Assembly: GCA_011525805.1 (NCBI GenBank)
Contig: WYBR01000059.1
Location: 3,386 to 67,385, forward strand
DNA: 64,000 nucleotides
From: Vicinamibacteraceae bacterium
Lineage (GTDB): Bacteria > Planctomycetota > Phycisphaerae > Phycisphaerales > UBA5793
Reading direction: 5' to 3'
Positions within the stretch are counted from its first letter, which is position 1, and the number at the start of each line of letters is the position of its first letter. The translations under genes and the position numbers were made by a program. The notes beneath the pieces are model-generated. The model worked only from the letters and a program-made list of their open reading frames with translations, was not told the origin of the DNA and did not search any database. This document shows, piece by piece, positions 17,791 through 27,318 of the stretch.

Positions 17791-20454
17791 TCAGCGCGTT
17801 GCCGCGCGGCCGTGCCGCCACGCGAGCATCGCCGGCAGGACGACGAGGGAGGCGAGCAGGCCCGCTGCGCTGCCGATGAGCATGAGCAGGCCGAGGCTGG
17901 CCAGACCGCGGTGCGAGGCGGTGAGCAGCGAGCCGAAGCCGATCATCGTTGTCATCGCGGTGACGAAGACGGCGCGGCGCGTCGAGCCGAGGTCGAGGGC
18001 CTCGCGCCCCTCTGCCTGCTGCTCGCGGCAGCGGCGGATGAGATGGATCCCGCTGTCCACGCCGATGCCGATGAGAATGGGCACGGCGAAGAAGTTGGCG
18101 AGGTTGAACTGAACCCCCAGCGCCCCCATCGCCTCGACCATCCATACCATGCCCACCAGCAGCGGCGCCATCGCCAGCAGCGCCTCGCGCCAGTTCCGCA
18201 GGTCGATCAGAATCAGCGCAAAGACCGCCGCCAGCGCCAGCATCGCCGCCTTCACGAACGCCCGGCGCATCTCCCTGAGCGATTCATACTGCGTCATTGG
18301 CACGCCGGTCGCATCAGGCTCGACGAGCCGCACCGCCTCGACGAAGCGCGCCATCGGCTCGAACTCCCAGACGTTTTCGCGCGGATGGATCGTAACGAGC
18401 AGCACCCCGCCGGGCGAGATGAGCCGGTCGCGCAGGGCCGCGGGAATCGCCTCGCGCAGGGGCATCTTCGACCCGAGGTGGATCCACATGAGCGCCTGCC
18501 GCGCTTCGTCGATCGCGCCCTTGACGCGCTGGGCCATCTCCCGCGCCTCTTCCTCCGTGCCGTGCAGCGCGTCGCGCACCTGCGCCCCGGCCGTGGCGAG
18601 GTGGAACATCATCTCCGACTCCTGCGGCGCCGCCGAAGCGGCGAGAGCGCCAAGGCGCTCGATCGCTTCGTCGAGTTTCACGGACGCCGTTCTCATCGCC
18701 TCGACGTCCGGGCCGACAAAGAACGAGGGATCGACGAGCGAGTCGCCTTCGCGGCGCGCCACTTCCTCGTCGAGCCGCACGCTCCACGCGAACGAAATCG
18801 GCTCGCCGCGCTGCACGACGTCGAGCACGCTGCCGACGCGCCCGATTGTTTCGCTCAGCCCGGCGCGCTGAGCGATCTCGCGCACGTCGTCCAGGCCATC
18901 GACTTTGACGGCGGCGAACCACGTCTCCGCCGAGTCGTCGAGAATGCGATGCTCCCACTCGACTGATTCGAGGCCGCGGGCCTGGAGGTCGAGCAGGTTG
19001 CCGTCGAAGCGCACCCGGGCCGCGAAGGGCAACAGCGCGGCGGTGGCCGCGGCGCACGCGGCGAGCACCCAGCCCGGGCGCGTGGTGACTGTCTTCCACA
19101 TGCGCCCGCCCGCGGCGGGAATCGCCTCGACGAGCGTCGCGGCCGGCCGGCCCCTGCCCCAGCGCCGCTCGTAGATCATGAGCAGGGCCGGAAGCACGAC
19201 GGTCATCGACACCAGGCACAGGAGCAGCCCGCTGCCGGCGATGAAGCCGAGTTCGCGCAGCCCCTGAAACTCGGTGAAGAGCGACATGAGAAACGCCGCG
19301 CTGGACGTCACCGCTCCGGTCACGTTGCCGCGACCCGTCGTGCCGACGGCGTGCTCGATGGCTCTCTCGACGCCTTCGCTGCGCAGAAACTCCTTGTAGC
19401 GCGCGATGAGGTGGACGCCGAAGTCGATCCCCACGCCGACGAGCACGAGGGTGAAGACGATGCTCAGCAGATTGAGTTGGCCGATGACGAGTGTCGTGAG
19501 GCCGAAGGTCCACCCGATGCCGACGCCCAGCGCCAGCAGCGCCAACAGCGAGCGCCACACCCCGCCGATGACGGTGATGAAGAGGATCGCCACGAGCGCG
19601 ACGGCGAGGATCGAGGCGCGCATCATGTCGCGCTCCGTCGTGGTCATCTCGTCGGCTTGGAGGACGGGTTTGCCGGTGAGTCCCATGTCGAGGTCCGGGA
19701 AGGCGGCACGGGCCTCGTCGAGCACAGCGCGGATGCGGCGCACCGGCTCGGCGATCACCGCCATCGTGCCGTAGTCCTTCACCGGCATGATGAGAATGAA
19801 GTGCAGTTCGCCCGAGTCGGAGGTGAGGTACTGCGACTTGAGGCCGTCGCCGGGATGCAGCGGCTGCGCGGGCGGCCCCCACGCGCCGGGCGAAGTGATG
19901 AGCCGCGCCAGCCAGACCGCCGCCGCGCCGAGGCGCGCGCGCTCGGCGGCGGGCATGAGCGCGCCCTCGCGCATGACGCGGTTGAGCAGGTCTGTCGCCT
20001 CCTCCATCAGGGCGGCGGGGCTGCTCTTGAGCATCAGCGGCGCGATGGCGTCGCTGAGCGCATCGAGCGCCGCCGCGTCTTCGTCGCTCATCGACCGGCT
20101 GGCGAGGAGCAGTTGCTCGCGCGGCGTGATGGACCAGTGCACCGCCGGCAGGCCCTCGATGGCGCTGAGCCGCGCGCCGATGAACTCGATGCACTCTTCG
20201 GCGCGCGGCGTGTGGCCGTTGTCGGCGACGACGACGTAGAGATACTCAAGGTCGCCGAATTCGTTGAGGAAAGCGTCATACTTCTCTTTGTAAGGCCGGT
20301 CGGCGCCGATAAGGTCATCGGTGTCGGCGTTGAGTTGCAGCGACGAAGCGGCATAGAGGCCGCAGAGCACAGCGCTGACCACGCCAAGCGCCGCGACGAC
20401 AAGCGCCCGCCGGCACGCGAATCTCGCCACCCATCGCAACCAACGTTCGAGCAT
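17791..20454 (-). CDS. RND-superfamily/MMPL-type exporter (HpnN-like)
   Basis: 887 aa. Two hydrophobic bundles, each after a large soluble loop. Duplicated motif LVGVGIDFGVHLIARY / LIGIGVDSGIHLIRRC. Confidence 0.85.
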   Translation of the reverse strand: MLERWLRWVARFACRRALVVAALGVVSAVLCGLYAASSLQLNADTDDLIGADRPYKEKYDAFLNEFGDLEYLYVVVADNGHTPRAEECIEFIGARLSAIEGLPAVHWSITPREQLLLASRSMSDEDAAALDALSDAIAPLMLKSSPAALMEEATDLLNRVMREGALMPAAERARLGAAAVWLARLITSPGAWGPPAQPLHPGDGLKSQYLTSDSGELHFILIMPVKDYGTMAVIAEPVRRIRAVLDEARAAFPDLDMGLTGKPVLQADEMTTTERDMMRASILAVALVAILFITVIGGVWRSLLALLALGVGIGWTFGLTTLVIGQLNLLSIVFTLVLVGVGIDFGVHLIARYKEFLRSEGVERAIEHAVGTTGRGNVTGAVTSSAAFLMSLFTEFQGLRELGFIAGSGLLLCLVSMTVVLPALLMIYERRWGRGRPAATLVEAIPAAGGRMWKTVTTRPGWVLAACAAATAALLPFAARVRFDGNLLDLQARGLESVEWEHRILDDSAETWFAAVKVDGLDDVREIAQRAGLSETIGRVGSVLDVVQRGEPISFAWSVRLDEEVARREGDSLVDPSFFVGPDVEAMRTASVKLDEAIERLGALAASAAPQESEMMFHLATAGAQVRDALHGTEEEAREMAQRVKGAIDEARQALMWIHLGSKMPLREAIPAALRDRLISPGGVLLVTIHPRENVWEFEPMARFVEAVRLVEPDATGVPMTQYESLREMRRAFVKAAMLALAAVFALILIDLRNWREALLAMAPLLVGMVWMVEAMGALGVQFNLANFFAVPILIGIGVDSGIHLIRRCREQQAEGREALDLGSTRRAVFVTAMTTMIGFGSLLTASHRGLASLGLLMLIGSAAGLLASLVVLPAMLAWRHGRAATR

Positions 20455-20646
20455 GAGAAGAGTCCGGTGAAAGGGGCGGGGGATCGAAGGTTGCGGTTCG
20501 CCGCGACGCGACGGCTTTGCGCAGCGGAGCGCGCGGCGCAGGAACAGACGGATCGGGGACCGTCATATCGTGCGTCCACGATCTTACTCGCGCGCGGCGC
20601 AACGGACACGATATCAAAGATCTCGCTCACGCGTCGGTCTCGCTGC

Positions 20647-20707
20647 GGGCGCCCTTGCACGCTGGCCGCGCTCCCCTGCGCAGAGCCTTCGGGTCGCGGC
20701 TGAACAA
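20647..20707 (+). repeat. Intergenic repeat family 2, copy A
   Basis: gggcgcccttgcacgctggccgcgctcccctgcgcagagccttcgggtcgcggctgaacaa. About 85 percent identical by eye to 22338..22398. Confidence 0.7.
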
Positions 20708-20808
20708 TCGCCTCGATGCCTTCAGCCCTCGGCGTCTTGGAGCCTTGGGGCTGGCCTTTCGTCTTGCCTTGCACTTGCCGTGGCGGCGAATCGATCCTCT
20801 TATCCGTC

Positions 20809-22326
20809 ATGGAACCAGCGGCCGCATCGCCCCGGACCGCCGACCGCCCCGCCCGCCGCGGCCGGGTGCGCAAGCGCTATCTCATCCTCCTCGCCATGGT
20901 GGTGCTCCTGGGCTGGGTGGGGTGGCAGGTGTACGGCGTCCTCACCGCGAAGCCCGGCCCGCTCATCGACTACACCGAACAACTCATCGCCCTGAGCGCC
21001 CGTTACCAGCCCGAGGGGGAGAACGGCTGGCCGGCGCTCGTCGCGGCTCTGGAACGCTTTGAGGCGATTGGCGTGCCGGATGTGGAGGGTTGGCCGACGG
21101 AATCCCGTGACCGCATCCTTCGCTTTGATCTGGTGCATGGCGGTGTGTTCTCTCAAGATCGCTTGAAGTACGTTCTGGCTTATCTGGAGCGCATCGAGCG
21201 CTCTGGCGTACTGGAGGAGATAGACGCGGCGCTTGCGGCTCGCCGCTTTGTACGAACGGAGTTTCCCGGCGCCGAAGGGGGATTCTTTGATCTTACGTTG
21301 CCGGAACTGGCGAGGGCGCGCACGTTTGCACGCGCAAGGGCCGCCTCGATTCGCATCGCGGCTGAGGCGGACGACTGGACGGCGGTCGAGCAGGCATGGA
21401 GTGAACTGCTTGAACTGGCGTCCGCTCTGTCGCACGACCCGATGCTGCTCAGTCACCTGGTCGCGCAGGCGATCAGTGTTCTCGCCGCTAAAGAACTCAA
21501 CTGGGTCATGGTTGAGCGCGAAGTAGATGAAGCAATCGCACAGAGACTGCTTCAGTCGATGGGCGACGGTGAGATTCTCGCCCCGCTCGAACTGGCGCTC
21601 GAAGGCGAACGGTTGATGTTCTATGACCTCATTCAACGTACGTTCACCGACGATGGGGGAGGCGACGGAACGCTGATGATCGATGCGCTGGCCAGGGTCG
21701 GGGATGTGGAGAACACCTTTGTGACCGGGGCCGAGGGGATAAAGCCGCTTGCAACTCTCGCCGGATCGATGTTCGCAGGGCGCGCCGAGACTCTGCGTGA
21801 GTTCGATCGATTCATGGATGCCGCCGTGCGACAGACACGAGGATCACGCGAGGAGGCCGAAGCCGATCTGGAGTTCCTGCGGGACTTCCAGAGCGAGTTA
21901 TCCAACCGGCAGATCTTCCTGAGATTGCTCCTGCCTGTACTGGACCGGCCGCTGGAGATGAGAAGAGTCTGGCGCTCGTGGATGAACGCGACTCGAATCC
22001 TCATTGCGATCGAACTGTACGAAGCTCGACACGGTTCTCTCCCCGCGTCGTTGGATGATCTCGTTCCCGAGTGCCTGACGGAGATTCCGAGGGACGAAGT
22101 CTCCGGCCTGCCCTTCTCGTATGTGCTTCGAACACCGACGCCGGATGATCCTCGCAGGCTTCTTCTCTATTCCATCGGCCTTGATCATCAAGACAACGGT
22201 GCGGCGGAGACATCGCTGGCACCGCCGGATTCAGTTCTCCTGCTCCGAACAGCGCCGGAGTCTCGCAACGGCTATGACTACATCTTCAACCGCCTCCGCG
22301 ATCCGTTGCCAGAGGTTGAAAATTGA
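20809..22326 (+). CDS. Hypothetical N-terminally anchored protein
   Basis: In-frame ATG at 20809. TM YLILLAMVVLLGWVGWQVYGVL followed by about 470 aa of helical sequence. C-terminal LLLYSIGLDHQDNG motif. No family recognised. Confidence 0.7.
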   Translation: MEPAAASPRTADRPARRGRVRKRYLILLAMVVLLGWVGWQVYGVLTAKPGPLIDYTEQLIALSARYQPEGENGWPALVAALERFEAIGVPDVEGWPTESRDRILRFDLVHGGVFSQDRLKYVLAYLERIERSGVLEEIDAALAARRFVRTEFPGAEGGFFDLTLPELARARTFARARAASIRIAAEADDWTAVEQAWSELLELASALSHDPMLLSHLVAQAISVLAAKELNWVMVEREVDEAIAQRLLQSMGDGEILAPLELALEGERLMFYDLIQRTFTDDGGGDGTLMIDALARVGDVENTFVTGAEGIKPLATLAGSMFAGRAETLREFDRFMDAAVRQTRGSREEAEADLEFLRDFQSELSNRQIFLRLLLPVLDRPLEMRRVWRSWMNATRILIAIELYEARHGSLPASLDDLVPECLTEIPRDEVSGLPFSYVLRTPTPDDPRRLLLYSIGLDHQDNGAAETSLAPPDSVLLLRTAPESRNGYDYIFNRLRDPLPEVEN

Positions 22327-22337
22327 GATGTGGCGTC

Positions 22338-22398
22338 GGGCGCCATTGCACGTTCGGCGCGCTCCCCTGTGCAGAGCCTCCGGGTCGCGGCTAACCAA
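22338..22398 (+). repeat. Intergenic repeat family 2, copy B
   Basis: gggcgccattgcacgttcggcgcgctcccctgtgcagagcctccgggtcgcggctaaccaa. Lies directly after the stop of 20809..22326. Confidence 0.7.
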
Positions 22399-22468
22399 GA
22401 TCCCGTGCCCCTGATCCCCATGGGGTCTTCGGGCCTTGCGGGTTTGACTTCCGATACGTCGGCAACTC

Positions 22469-23926
22469 TCACGCCTTCACAGGGGCAGTCTCGCTCCGCG
22501 CTCGGTGCGTTACCGCCATGGCGCCGAGGTCTTTGAGCACGCCCCACACCGGGCCGGGGAACTTGTGCACGTCCGCCATCACCTGCTCGAACGCATCGAG
22601 GAACCACTTCGCGTCATCCTCGCTGATGATCAGCGGCGGGATGAGTTTCACGACGTTGGTCCGGTGCCCCGCGACCTGCGTGAGGATGCGGTGGCGGTCG
22701 AGCAGCGGCATCGTCACCGCCTGCGGGAAGAGGTTCTCATCCATGCGGTTGATGAGCGACCATGCGGTGCGCAGGCCCAGCGACCTCGGCTTGCCGAACT
22801 GGATGCCGATCATCAGCCCCCGCTGCCGCACGGCGTGGAGGAACTCGAAGCGCGGGATCATGGCCTGCACGCCGTCGCGGATCATCGCGCCGATGCGAAT
22901 GGCGTTGTTCATCGCGTCGGTGTCGTCGAGCGCGGCAAGGGAGGCGAGCGCTGCAGCCATGGCCGGCGCGCCTTCGTGGAACGTCGAGGAATGCACGATG
23001 GCCCGGTCCATCGACGAGTACACGCGATCGAAGATCGACCGGCGCAGCAGCACCGCCCCGACCGGCACGTACCCGCCCGAGAGCGCCTTGGAGAGAACGA
23101 CCATGTCCGGCTCGCAGCCCTCATCCCACTGAGTGGCGAGAAACTTTCCGGTCCGCCCCACGCCCGTCTGCACTTCATCGACGACCAGCAGCGTGCCATA
23201 CTCGCGGCACAGGCCCATCGCTTCGGCGAGATAGCCGTCGGCGGGAATGTTGACGCCCTTGCCCTGGATCGGTTCGACGATGAACGCCGCGACGTCGCGG
23301 TTGCTCAGTGCCGCTTCGAGCGCGGTGAGGTTGTCGAAAGGGATCTGCCGGCAGTGCGGCAGGAACGGCTCAAAGCCGCTGCGGAAACTCTCGCACCCGT
23401 TGAGGGAGAGCGCGCCGAGCGTCAGGCCGTGGAACCCTTTCTCGCAGTGCACGATGCCGGGGCGACCGGTGGCGCAGCGGGCGAACTTGATCGCCGCCTC
23501 GATGCCCTCCGTTCCCGAGTTGGTGAAGAAGACGCGCTCGAGGGGGTAGGGGATGCGCTTCTTGAGTTCGGCGGCGAGGGCGCCGGCGAGCAGCGGCGCC
23601 TCCATCTGCACCCAACTGGGCAGGTCGGCTTCGAGGGCGTCGATGATCGCGCGGCGGATGTCGGGGTGGTTGCGGCCGAAGTTGAAGACCGCGTACCCGC
23701 CGAGCATGTCGAGGTACTTGCGGCCCTCGATGTCCCAGAGGTACGCCCCCTCGGCCCGGACGTAGCAGCGGTCAAAGCCGATCGTGCGCAGCACGCGGGC
23801 GAACTGCGGATTGACGTGCTCGCGCAGCAGGTCGTAGTTGCGGCCCTGGTGGTCGCGGATGATCTGGCGGATGTCGATGGGCACGGCCGTCTCCCCGGCG
23901 GTCGGTAGGGCGCAGCGGGCGTTCAC
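22469..23926 (-). CDS. Class III (ornithine/GABA-type) PLP aminotransferase
   Basis: 485-aa ORF with a GTG start at 23926 (alternative GTG at 23884). FTNSGTEGIEAAIKFAR, LVVDEVQTGVGRTGKF, and SKALSGGYVPVGA containing the PLP lysine. Confidence 0.9.
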   Translation of the reverse strand: MNARCALPTAGETAVPIDIRQIIRDHQGRNYDLLREHVNPQFARVLRTIGFDRCYVRAEGAYLWDIEGRKYLDMLGGYAVFNFGRNHPDIRRAIIDALEADLPSWVQMEAPLLAGALAAELKKRIPYPLERVFFTNSGTEGIEAAIKFARCATGRPGIVHCEKGFHGLTLGALSLNGCESFRSGFEPFLPHCRQIPFDNLTALEAALSNRDVAAFIVEPIQGKGVNIPADGYLAEAMGLCREYGTLLVVDEVQTGVGRTGKFLATQWDEGCEPDMVVLSKALSGGYVPVGAVLLRRSIFDRVYSSMDRAIVHSSTFHEGAPAMAAALASLAALDDTDAMNNAIRIGAMIRDGVQAMIPRFEFLHAVRQRGLMIGIQFGKPRSLGLRTAWSLINRMDENLFPQAVTMPLLDRHRILTQVAGHRTNVVKLIPPLIISEDDAKWFLDAFEQVMADVHKFPGPVWGVLKDLGAMAVTHRARSETAPVKA

Positions 23927-24014
23927 CCGCCGCAGGAGACTCTATGGGCACATCGCGCCGGCTGCCACCGTGGCCGGTCCCGGTCGAGGCTGGTCCTGTC
24001 TGCACATGACCCTT

Positions 24015-24278
24015 TCATGTCCGTCCCTTCGAGCCGACTTGCCATACGCTGTCAAGCTGGGCCGGGCTTTCGGCGGGTTGCCTTGGCCGCTTGTTCAATC
24101 CGCTTCGCTGAAGCAGTGAGCAAACCCCCCGATCGGGACTCCAGCGCGCAAGCGACGCCGCTCCTATGTGTAGTCGCCGCGCCCCGAAAAACTGGAGGAT
24201 GAACCGGCTCGCGTCGGCGTATCCGAGTTCGCGTATGAGAATCTCCATGCCGCGTTGCTGGAGTTCGATCGGGGTCAT
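24015..24278 (-). pseudogene. Possible decayed small antitoxin-like gene
   Basis: The ATG at 24278 gives MTPIELQQRGMEILIRELGYADASRFILQF. After a T5 run the +1 frame reads SGRGDYT, then TAG, then ERRRL. This resembles small proteins I recall with an ...RFLQQF..G.GDYT.ER motif. Weak evidence. Confidence 0.25.
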
Positions 24279-24401
24279 CGCCGATGCTCCGTTCAAGGCC
24301 GCTCAATCTTATCGGGTCGAACGACGGCGTGTGGTGTTGAGACCAAGAGACGCCGAGAAAAGCAGTCAGTGGAGCGCTACCATCGCTACGGAGACCCTGC
24401 G

Positions 24402-24629
24402 ATGCCTAAGGCGAAACGGTACACAGTCAGCGATGGGCGGCTCGTTCTGACGCTTGAGGAAGCGGAGCGGGGGTGGTACGCGGTCTCTTCGCCGATGGAA
24501 CCGGCCCTACAGACTCAGGCCAGGAGCATCCCTGAGGCGTTTGAGATGGCTCGGGATGCCATGAACGAACTGCGCAAGTACCGCGAATCGAAGTCCGCCC
24601 GCCGGAGCGGACGCCGAGCCAGCGCGTAG
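24402..24629 (+). CDS. Short HicB/DUF1902-like antitoxin-fold protein
   Basis: In-frame ATG at 24402. MPKAKRYTVSDGRLVLTLEEAERGWYAVSSPMEPALQTQARSIPEAFEMARDAMNEL fits the HicB N-terminal-domain pattern. No DNA-binding domain. Confidence 0.6.
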   Translation: MPKAKRYTVSDGRLVLTLEEAERGWYAVSSPMEPALQTQARSIPEAFEMARDAMNELRKYRESKSARRSGRRASA

Positions 24630-24824
24630 TCAGATGCCACTCGGACGAGGGATTCCGAGCTGTTTGGCGATGCCGCGAGCCGTGGGGTTGGGTATCTCAG
24701 TGTGGCGCGCCACGGTCGATTCACGGCCATTCGCAGGGTTGCACCAGACTTCGTGACGTCTGCCTTCGCGAGCGATTTCACACCCGTGTTTTTTGAGGTG
24801 GGCCACAAGATCACGCTTTCTCAC
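24630..24824 (-). CDS. hicA: HicA-family mRNA interferase toxin
   Basis: 64 aa: (GTG)RKRDLVAHLKKHGCEIAREGRRHEVWCNPANGRESTVARHTEIPNPTARGIAKQLGI. YcfA/HicA pattern including the conserved His. Confidence 0.8.
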   Translation of the reverse strand: MRKRDLVAHLKKHGCEIAREGRRHEVWCNPANGRESTVARHTEIPNPTARGIAKQLGIPRPSGI

Positions 24825-25588
24825 GTCTTGCCCTCCTCCTCGTCCGTCAGGACGTCCTTCATCAGGTCAAGCCACCCTCTGATCCGACTAAAGTCAGACT
24901 CTGAGATGGGCCGTGAAATCCTGAGTATTGCCGCACGGCCACGAGAAAGAGGGATGCTGAACGCCTCGCTCTCCTGCCCGGATTGAGGCGTTTGGTCGCC
25001 TGTCTGTCCCGAGTTGCTCCATGCATGCTGACCGTTCGGATGCGGCTCTGACTCCCGGCCAGAGCCCTCGCTTGAACCGGTCGTGGTGGGAACCTCACTC
25101 AGGACACCATGTTGAAGCAGTCGCGCGTACTCGACGCTTCGTCGAAAGCATGCCGCCACATCGGGCGCGGTTTTGGATTGCACGCCGAAGTCGTGAATCA
25201 GGCTTCCCTCCAGTTTGGACGGAAGTCCCTTCCCGAAGAACTTCTGGCACAAATCCCGGTATAGCGCGGGTGATCGCGCCGCTTCCGCCAGCGCACTCAC
25301 ACGGTCCGAATCGTCCCGCGGGTACAAAATTCTCTGCCCCAGCGGCGACAGGCGGTACGAGTTGCGTCCACGATCGAGAAGTCCAAAGTGAGTCAACGAT
25401 CCGACTTTTGAGTTCACGATGCCGCTGACGGCCTTGTGTCCAAGGGCCTCGGCCAAGGCTGCTCTGGCGAAGGGTCCGTCGCCAAGACTCTCGGAAATCC
25501 TCTTCAAGAACCCCACAGCGGTTTCCAGATCGAACTGGGGGCTGCGCCGGCCCCTCGACTGCGAGTCTTCGCTTTCTTCGCTGGCCAT
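24821..25588 (-). CDS. Unknown 255-aa protein coupled to hicA (winged-helix-like segments)
   Basis: ATG at 25588, preceded by GGAG. Its TGA overlaps the hicA GTG (GTGA at 24821-24824). Contains GSLTHFGLLDRGRNSYRLSPLGQRIL, a Ser/Gly/Gln-rich linker, and the C-terminal tail FSIPLSRGRAAILRISRPISESDFSRIRGWLDLMKDVL. Confidence 0.7.
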   Translation of the reverse strand: MASEESEDSQSRGRRSPQFDLETAVGFLKRISESLGDGPFARAALAEALGHKAVSGIVNSKVGSLTHFGLLDRGRNSYRLSPLGQRILYPRDDSDRVSALAEAARSPALYRDLCQKFFGKGLPSKLEGSLIHDFGVQSKTAPDVAACFRRSVEYARLLQHGVLSEVPTTTGSSEGSGRESEPHPNGQHAWSNSGQTGDQTPQSGQESEAFSIPLSRGRAAILRISRPISESDFSRIRGWLDLMKDVLTDEEEGKT

Positions 25589-25657
25589 GATTTGACTCCA
25601 AAGGTCTTTAGAGACAGTCAATTATGGCTGACCAAGGAGTCAAGTCAAGTCCGGCCG

Positions 25658-27055
25658 TCAAAACTCCGCCAGCCGCGGCGCTCTCGGGAAGGGGATCACA
25701 TCGCGCATGTTCGCCATACCGGTGACGTACATGAGCAGGCGCTCGAAGCCCAGGCCGAAGCCGGCGTGGGGGACCGTGCCGTAGCGGCGCAGGTCGCGGT
25801 ACCACCAGTAGGCCGCCTTGGGCAACTTCATCTCGTCGATGCGCCGGTCGAGCACCGCCAGGCGTTCCTCACGTTGCGAGCCGCCGACGAGTTCGCCGAT
25901 GCGCGGCACGAGCACGTCCATCGCCGCCACCGTCTTCTCATCGTCGTTGAGCCGCATGTAGAACGCCTTGATCTCCTTGGGATAGTCCGTCACCACCACC
26001 GGCTTGCGATGCACTTCCTCGCACAGGTATCGCTCGTGCTCTGACTGGAGGTTGTCGCCCCAGTTGACGGGGTACTCAAACTTCTTGCCGCTCTTGCGGA
26101 GTTCATTCACCGCATCGGTGTAGGTGAGGTGGACGAAGTCGGACTCGATGACGTGCTCGAGCGCGGCGATCAGCCCCTTCTCGATGCGCTCGTCGAAGAA
26201 CTTCATGTCGTCGGCGCAGTCGGTCAACACCGTTCGCAGCAGGTGCTTGACGAGGTCGATGGCGAGCAAGCGGTCATCGCGCAGGTCGGCGAAGGCGATC
26301 TCCGGCTCGATCATCCAGAACTCGGCGAGGTGGCGTGCGGTGTTGCTGTTCTCGGCCCGGAACGTCGGGCCGAAGGTGTAGACGTTGCTCAGGGCGCAGC
26401 AGAAAGTCTCGACGTTGAGTTGGCCCGAGACGGTCAGAAACGCCTCGCGGCCGAAGAAATCCTGGTCAAAGTCCACGCCGCCCTCGGGCGTGCGCGGCAG
26501 GTTGAGCAGATCGAGCGTGCTCACCCGGAACATCTCGCCGGCGCCCTCGGCGTCGGACGCGGTGATGATCGGCGTGTGGACCCAGAGAAAGCGGCGGGCG
26601 TCGAAGAACTGGTGAATCGCCTGGGCCAGCCGGTGCCGCACGCGCGCCACGGCCCCGAAGGTGTTGGTGCGCGTGCGCAGGTGGGCGACGGTGCGGAGGA
26701 ACTCGAAGGAGTGCTGCTTGGGGCTGATGGGATAGGTGTCGGGGTCTTCGACGTCGCCGAGGAGATCGATCGACTCGGCCTGAATCTCGCAGCGCTGCCC
26801 CTTGCCCTGGCTGGCGGCGAGCGTGCCGACGCAATCGACGCTGCACCCGGTCGTGAGTTTGAGTACGACGGACTCGTAGTTGGGCAGGCTGGCGGGGACG
26901 ACGACTTGGATCGGGTCGAAGCACGTGCCGTCGCTCACATGAACGAAACTCAGCCCGGCCTTGCTGTCGCGCCGGGTGCGCACCCAGCCCCTGACTCTGA
27001 TTTTCGTGCCGACCTGGCCTGAGTGAAAGGCGTCGGCGATGAGCGTGCGCTCCAT
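25658..27055 (-). CDS. asnS: Asparagine--tRNA ligase
   Basis: The ATG at 27055 gives [12 protein letters not shown]-fold N-terminus; class II motifs [21 protein letters not shown] and [12 protein letters not shown]. Confidence 0.95.
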   Translation of the reverse strand: MERTLIADAFHSGQVGTKIRVRGWVRTRRDSKAGLSFVHVSDGTCFDPIQVVVPASLPNYESVVLKLTTGCSVDCVGTLAASQGKGQRCEIQAESIDLLGDVEDPDTYPISPKQHSFEFLRTVAHLRTRTNTFGAVARVRHRLAQAIHQFFDARRFLWVHTPIITASDAEGAGEMFRVSTLDLLNLPRTPEGGVDFDQDFFGREAFLTVSGQLNVETFCCALSNVYTFGPTFRAENSNTARHLAEFWMIEPEIAFADLRDDRLLAIDLVKHLLRTVLTDCADDMKFFDERIEKGLIAALEHVIESDFVHLTYTDAVNELRKSGKKFEYPVNWGDNLQSEHERYLCEEVHRKPVVVTDYPKEIKAFYMRLNDDEKTVAAMDVLVPRIGELVGGSQREERLAVLDRRIDEMKLPKAAYWWYRDLRRYGTVPHAGFGLGFERLLMYVTGMANMRDVIPFPRAPRLAEF

Positions 27056-27318
27056 GAATCGATCCTCCGCGCTGCAGGCGGGGATGATAGCGGGAGGAGG
27101 CGGGCGGCGCGGGAGGCGACCAGCCGAACGCGCGAGCGCGGAGGCGTCGCCGCATCTCGGTAGGTCGGGACAAGGCTCTGCGCCGGCCCGGCACTTGGGC
27201 GCACGTCGCGGCCGCCGTGTCCGTATCGCGCTCACACGCCAAACTCGCGGACTTATCCCACGATTCGCAGAGCCTCATCGTGGGCGTAGGAGACCACTCA
27301 TCGACTTCGGCGACGGTT

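Noticed and set aside
22331-22350. Sigma-54-like TGGC...TTGCA string inside repeat copy B
   Set aside because: The GG-to-GC spacing is 16 nt rather than the required ~12, and the motif is not conserved in copy A.
27252-27280. Hairpin cccacgat-n12-atcgtggg after the PilZ gene as a terminator
   Set aside because: 8-bp stem with a 12-nt loop and no U-tract. It is plausible but indistinguishable from chance in this sequence context.
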